DNA from: Methanorbis furvi
GTDB lineage: Archaea; Halobacteriota; Methanomicrobia; Methanomicrobiales; Methanocorpusculaceae
Reading direction: 5' to 3'
DNA length: 24,000 bases
Assembly (NCBI RefSeq): GCF_032714615.1
Contig: NZ_JAWDKA010000008.1
Coordinates: 30,505 to 54,504, forward strand
Position 1 is the stretch's first letter. Each line of letters starts with the position of its first letter. Made by a program: the position numbers and the translations under genes. Shown piece after piece: positions 22,644-24,000 of the stretch. A model generated the notes under the pieces. It had not been told where the DNA came from. It made no database searches and saw nothing but the letters and a program-made list of their open reading frames with translations.

Positions 22644-23509
22644 CTACTGCTGTTGTTGTTCTGGACCGGTTTTTTTCTTCAGGAGAAAAAATCGCGAAAC
22701 ATCTTGAAGCAGAGCTGGTGCCGTACAGGGAAAACGTGTTCGCCGAACTCTATACCAGTGTGGACGTAATCGTTGCCGTGATGTCAGCAGGCATTGCGGT
22801 TAGAGGATGCGCATCCCTCTTGACCGACAAATGGCATGACCCGGCAGTTGTCGTGGTGACGCCTGACCTCAAGTACGCGATACCGGTTCTCGGCGGTCAT
22901 CACGGCGGCAATCTCTGCGCAAAACGTCTTGCAGAGATCGGAATTGAACCAGTCATCTCAACCGCGACCGAGACGCTTGGCAGGCCGTCGGTTGAAGAGA
23001 CCGCACGGCTCGAAGGCCTTGCAGTCGTCAACCGCTCCTCAACCCGCGAGGTGAACGGCGCGATCCTTGACGGTGAAGTTCCGATCGTGCGGGTGAATCC
23101 TCCGCACATCGTCATCGCAAATCCGGGAGTATCGGTCCTCGTCAACAACTCACCCTACGTGATCGGTATCGGCTGCCGGCTTGGCACAACCGCTGAAGAA
23201 ATCCTCGCAGCAATCGATTCCGCATGCAAAACCGCGGGGATTCCGCTTGCGGACGTGAAAATTTTTGCAACAACCGTAAAAAAATTTCATGAGGCAGGAC
23301 TTCATGAGGCTGTCAGGTCCTTATCCGGCAATCTCATCTTTTTAGATGACGAAACAGTTAACGCACAAGTACCGCAAACTCCGTCTCGCGCGGAGATGCT
23401 CGGACTTGCGGGCGTTGCAGAACCTTGCGCTCTGGCGCTCGCAAAGTCAGGAACTCTGATACTGAACAAGACCGTCTATGGCCGCGTCACCATTGCCATA
23501 GGACAATAA
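22640..23509 (+). CDS. cbiG: Cobalt-precorrin-5A hydrolase, CbiG
   Basis: 289 aa. The central GIGCRLGTTAEEI motif and the position between cbiF and cbiH are typical of CbiG. Confidence 0.75.
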   Translation: MTTAVVVLDRFFSSGEKIAKHLEAELVPYRENVFAELYTSVDVIVAVMSAGIAVRGCASLLTDKWHDPAVVVVTPDLKYAIPVLGGHHGGNLCAKRLAEIGIEPVISTATETLGRPSVEETARLEGLAVVNRSSTREVNGAILDGEVPIVRVNPPHIVIANPGVSVLVNNSPYVIGIGCRLGTTAEEILAAIDSACKTAGIPLADVKIFATTVKKFHEAGLHEAVRSLSGNLIFLDDETVNAQVPQTPSRAEMLGLAGVAEPCALALAKSGTLILNKTVYGRVTIAIGQ

Positions 23510-23514
23510 TAATC

Positions 23515-24000
23515 ATGGGAACTCTCTGGATCGTAAGCTCAGGACCCGGAAGTCTGCAACAACTGACTCCGGCCGCAATCAAGGCAATCGCCACAGCCGA
23601 TGTGATCATCGGCAACGCGTTTTACCTCGAGATGCTTGAACCGCTCATAAGGAATAAACAGGTCATCAGAAGCTCGATGGGAAAAGAGGTTGACCGCGCA
23701 AAAGAAGCCGCACGCCTTGCAGCAGACCATAATGTGGCAATGATTACCGGCGGAGATGCCGGCGTCTACGGTATGGCAAGCATCGTGCTCGAAGTTGTTG
23801 AGCATGAGTTCCCGAACACCGATGTTGAGGTGATTCCGGGAGTAACCGCGGCTACTGCGGCTGCTTCACGTCTCGGCTCACCGCTTTCCGGAGATTATGT
23901 AACCCTCAGCCTGTCGGATCTGTTAACACCCTGGGAGATGATTGAAAAGCGGCTGAACCTCGCGTTCCAGATGGGCGTGCCGGTCGCACTTTACAATCCA
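23515..24000 (+). CDS. cbiH: Cobalt-factor III / precorrin-3B C17-methyltransferase, CbiH (3' end cut by the window edge)
   Basis: This gene is absent from the ORF track because no stop is reached. My hand translation from the ATG at 23515 gives MGTLWIVSSGPGSLQQLTPAAIKAI...ITGGDAGVYGMASI...VIPGVTAA...LSLSDLLTPWEMIEKRL...ALYNP. That is 162 codons, open to nt 24000, with CbiH/CobJ hallmark motifs. Confidence 0.85.
   Translation, partial: MGTLWIVSSGPGSLQQLTPAAIKAIATADVIIGNAFYLEMLEPLIRNKQVIRSSMGKEVDRAKEAARLAADHNVAMITGGDAGVYGMASIVLEVVEHEFPNTDVEVIPGVTAATAAASRLGSPLSGDYVTLSLSDLLTPWEMIEKRLNLAFQMGVPVALYNP

Overview
This 24-kb window looks like a chromosomal segment of a methanogenic euryarchaeon (Methanomicrobia-like). 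That inference rests on archaeal uL16/L10e, an RFC large subunit with a C-terminal PIP box, an AqpM-type aquaporin, a methanogenesis-marker-9 domain protein, H4MPT-linked CitG-like and DUF447 genes, and the anaerobic cbi cobamide genes. I support about 25 protein genes, mostly housekeeping. In order: a DUF2193-like/DUF2180-like/aqpM operon; an ABC permease+ATPase pair with no adjacent binding protein; rpl10e; a two-subunit class I fumarase; rpiA; two tandem 14-TMS MFS paralogs; rfcL; translationally coupled panE-mobA; an SsuA/NMT1-type lipoprotein binding protein that appears circularly permuted; a marker-9/CitG-like/DUF447 operon; a divergent Hjc-family nuclease + ywbE pair; a tandem-chagasin lipoprotein; and cbiT-L-F-G-H (cbiH runs off the right edge). 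I saw no rRNA, tRNA or CRISPR array. The stand-out signal is non-coding. Five copies of a modular, long-arm palindromic, MITE-like element occupy intergenic spacers at 4512-4952, 7282-7600, 15580-15862, 18443-18770 and 19529-19849. There is also a collapsed mini-derivative at 6444-6497 and an arm-less centre module at 10745-10819. The ~85-nt inverted arms carry phased CACGG boxes and a nearly invariant 29-nt core, and they flank a very AT-rich centre. Two copies with oppositely oriented centres bracket the Hjc-family nuclease gene. An unrelated second palindromic element (12320-12472) sits between rfcL and mobA and supplies the mobA stop codon. I do not recognise either element as a described family, but I cannot search databases, so novelty is unverified.
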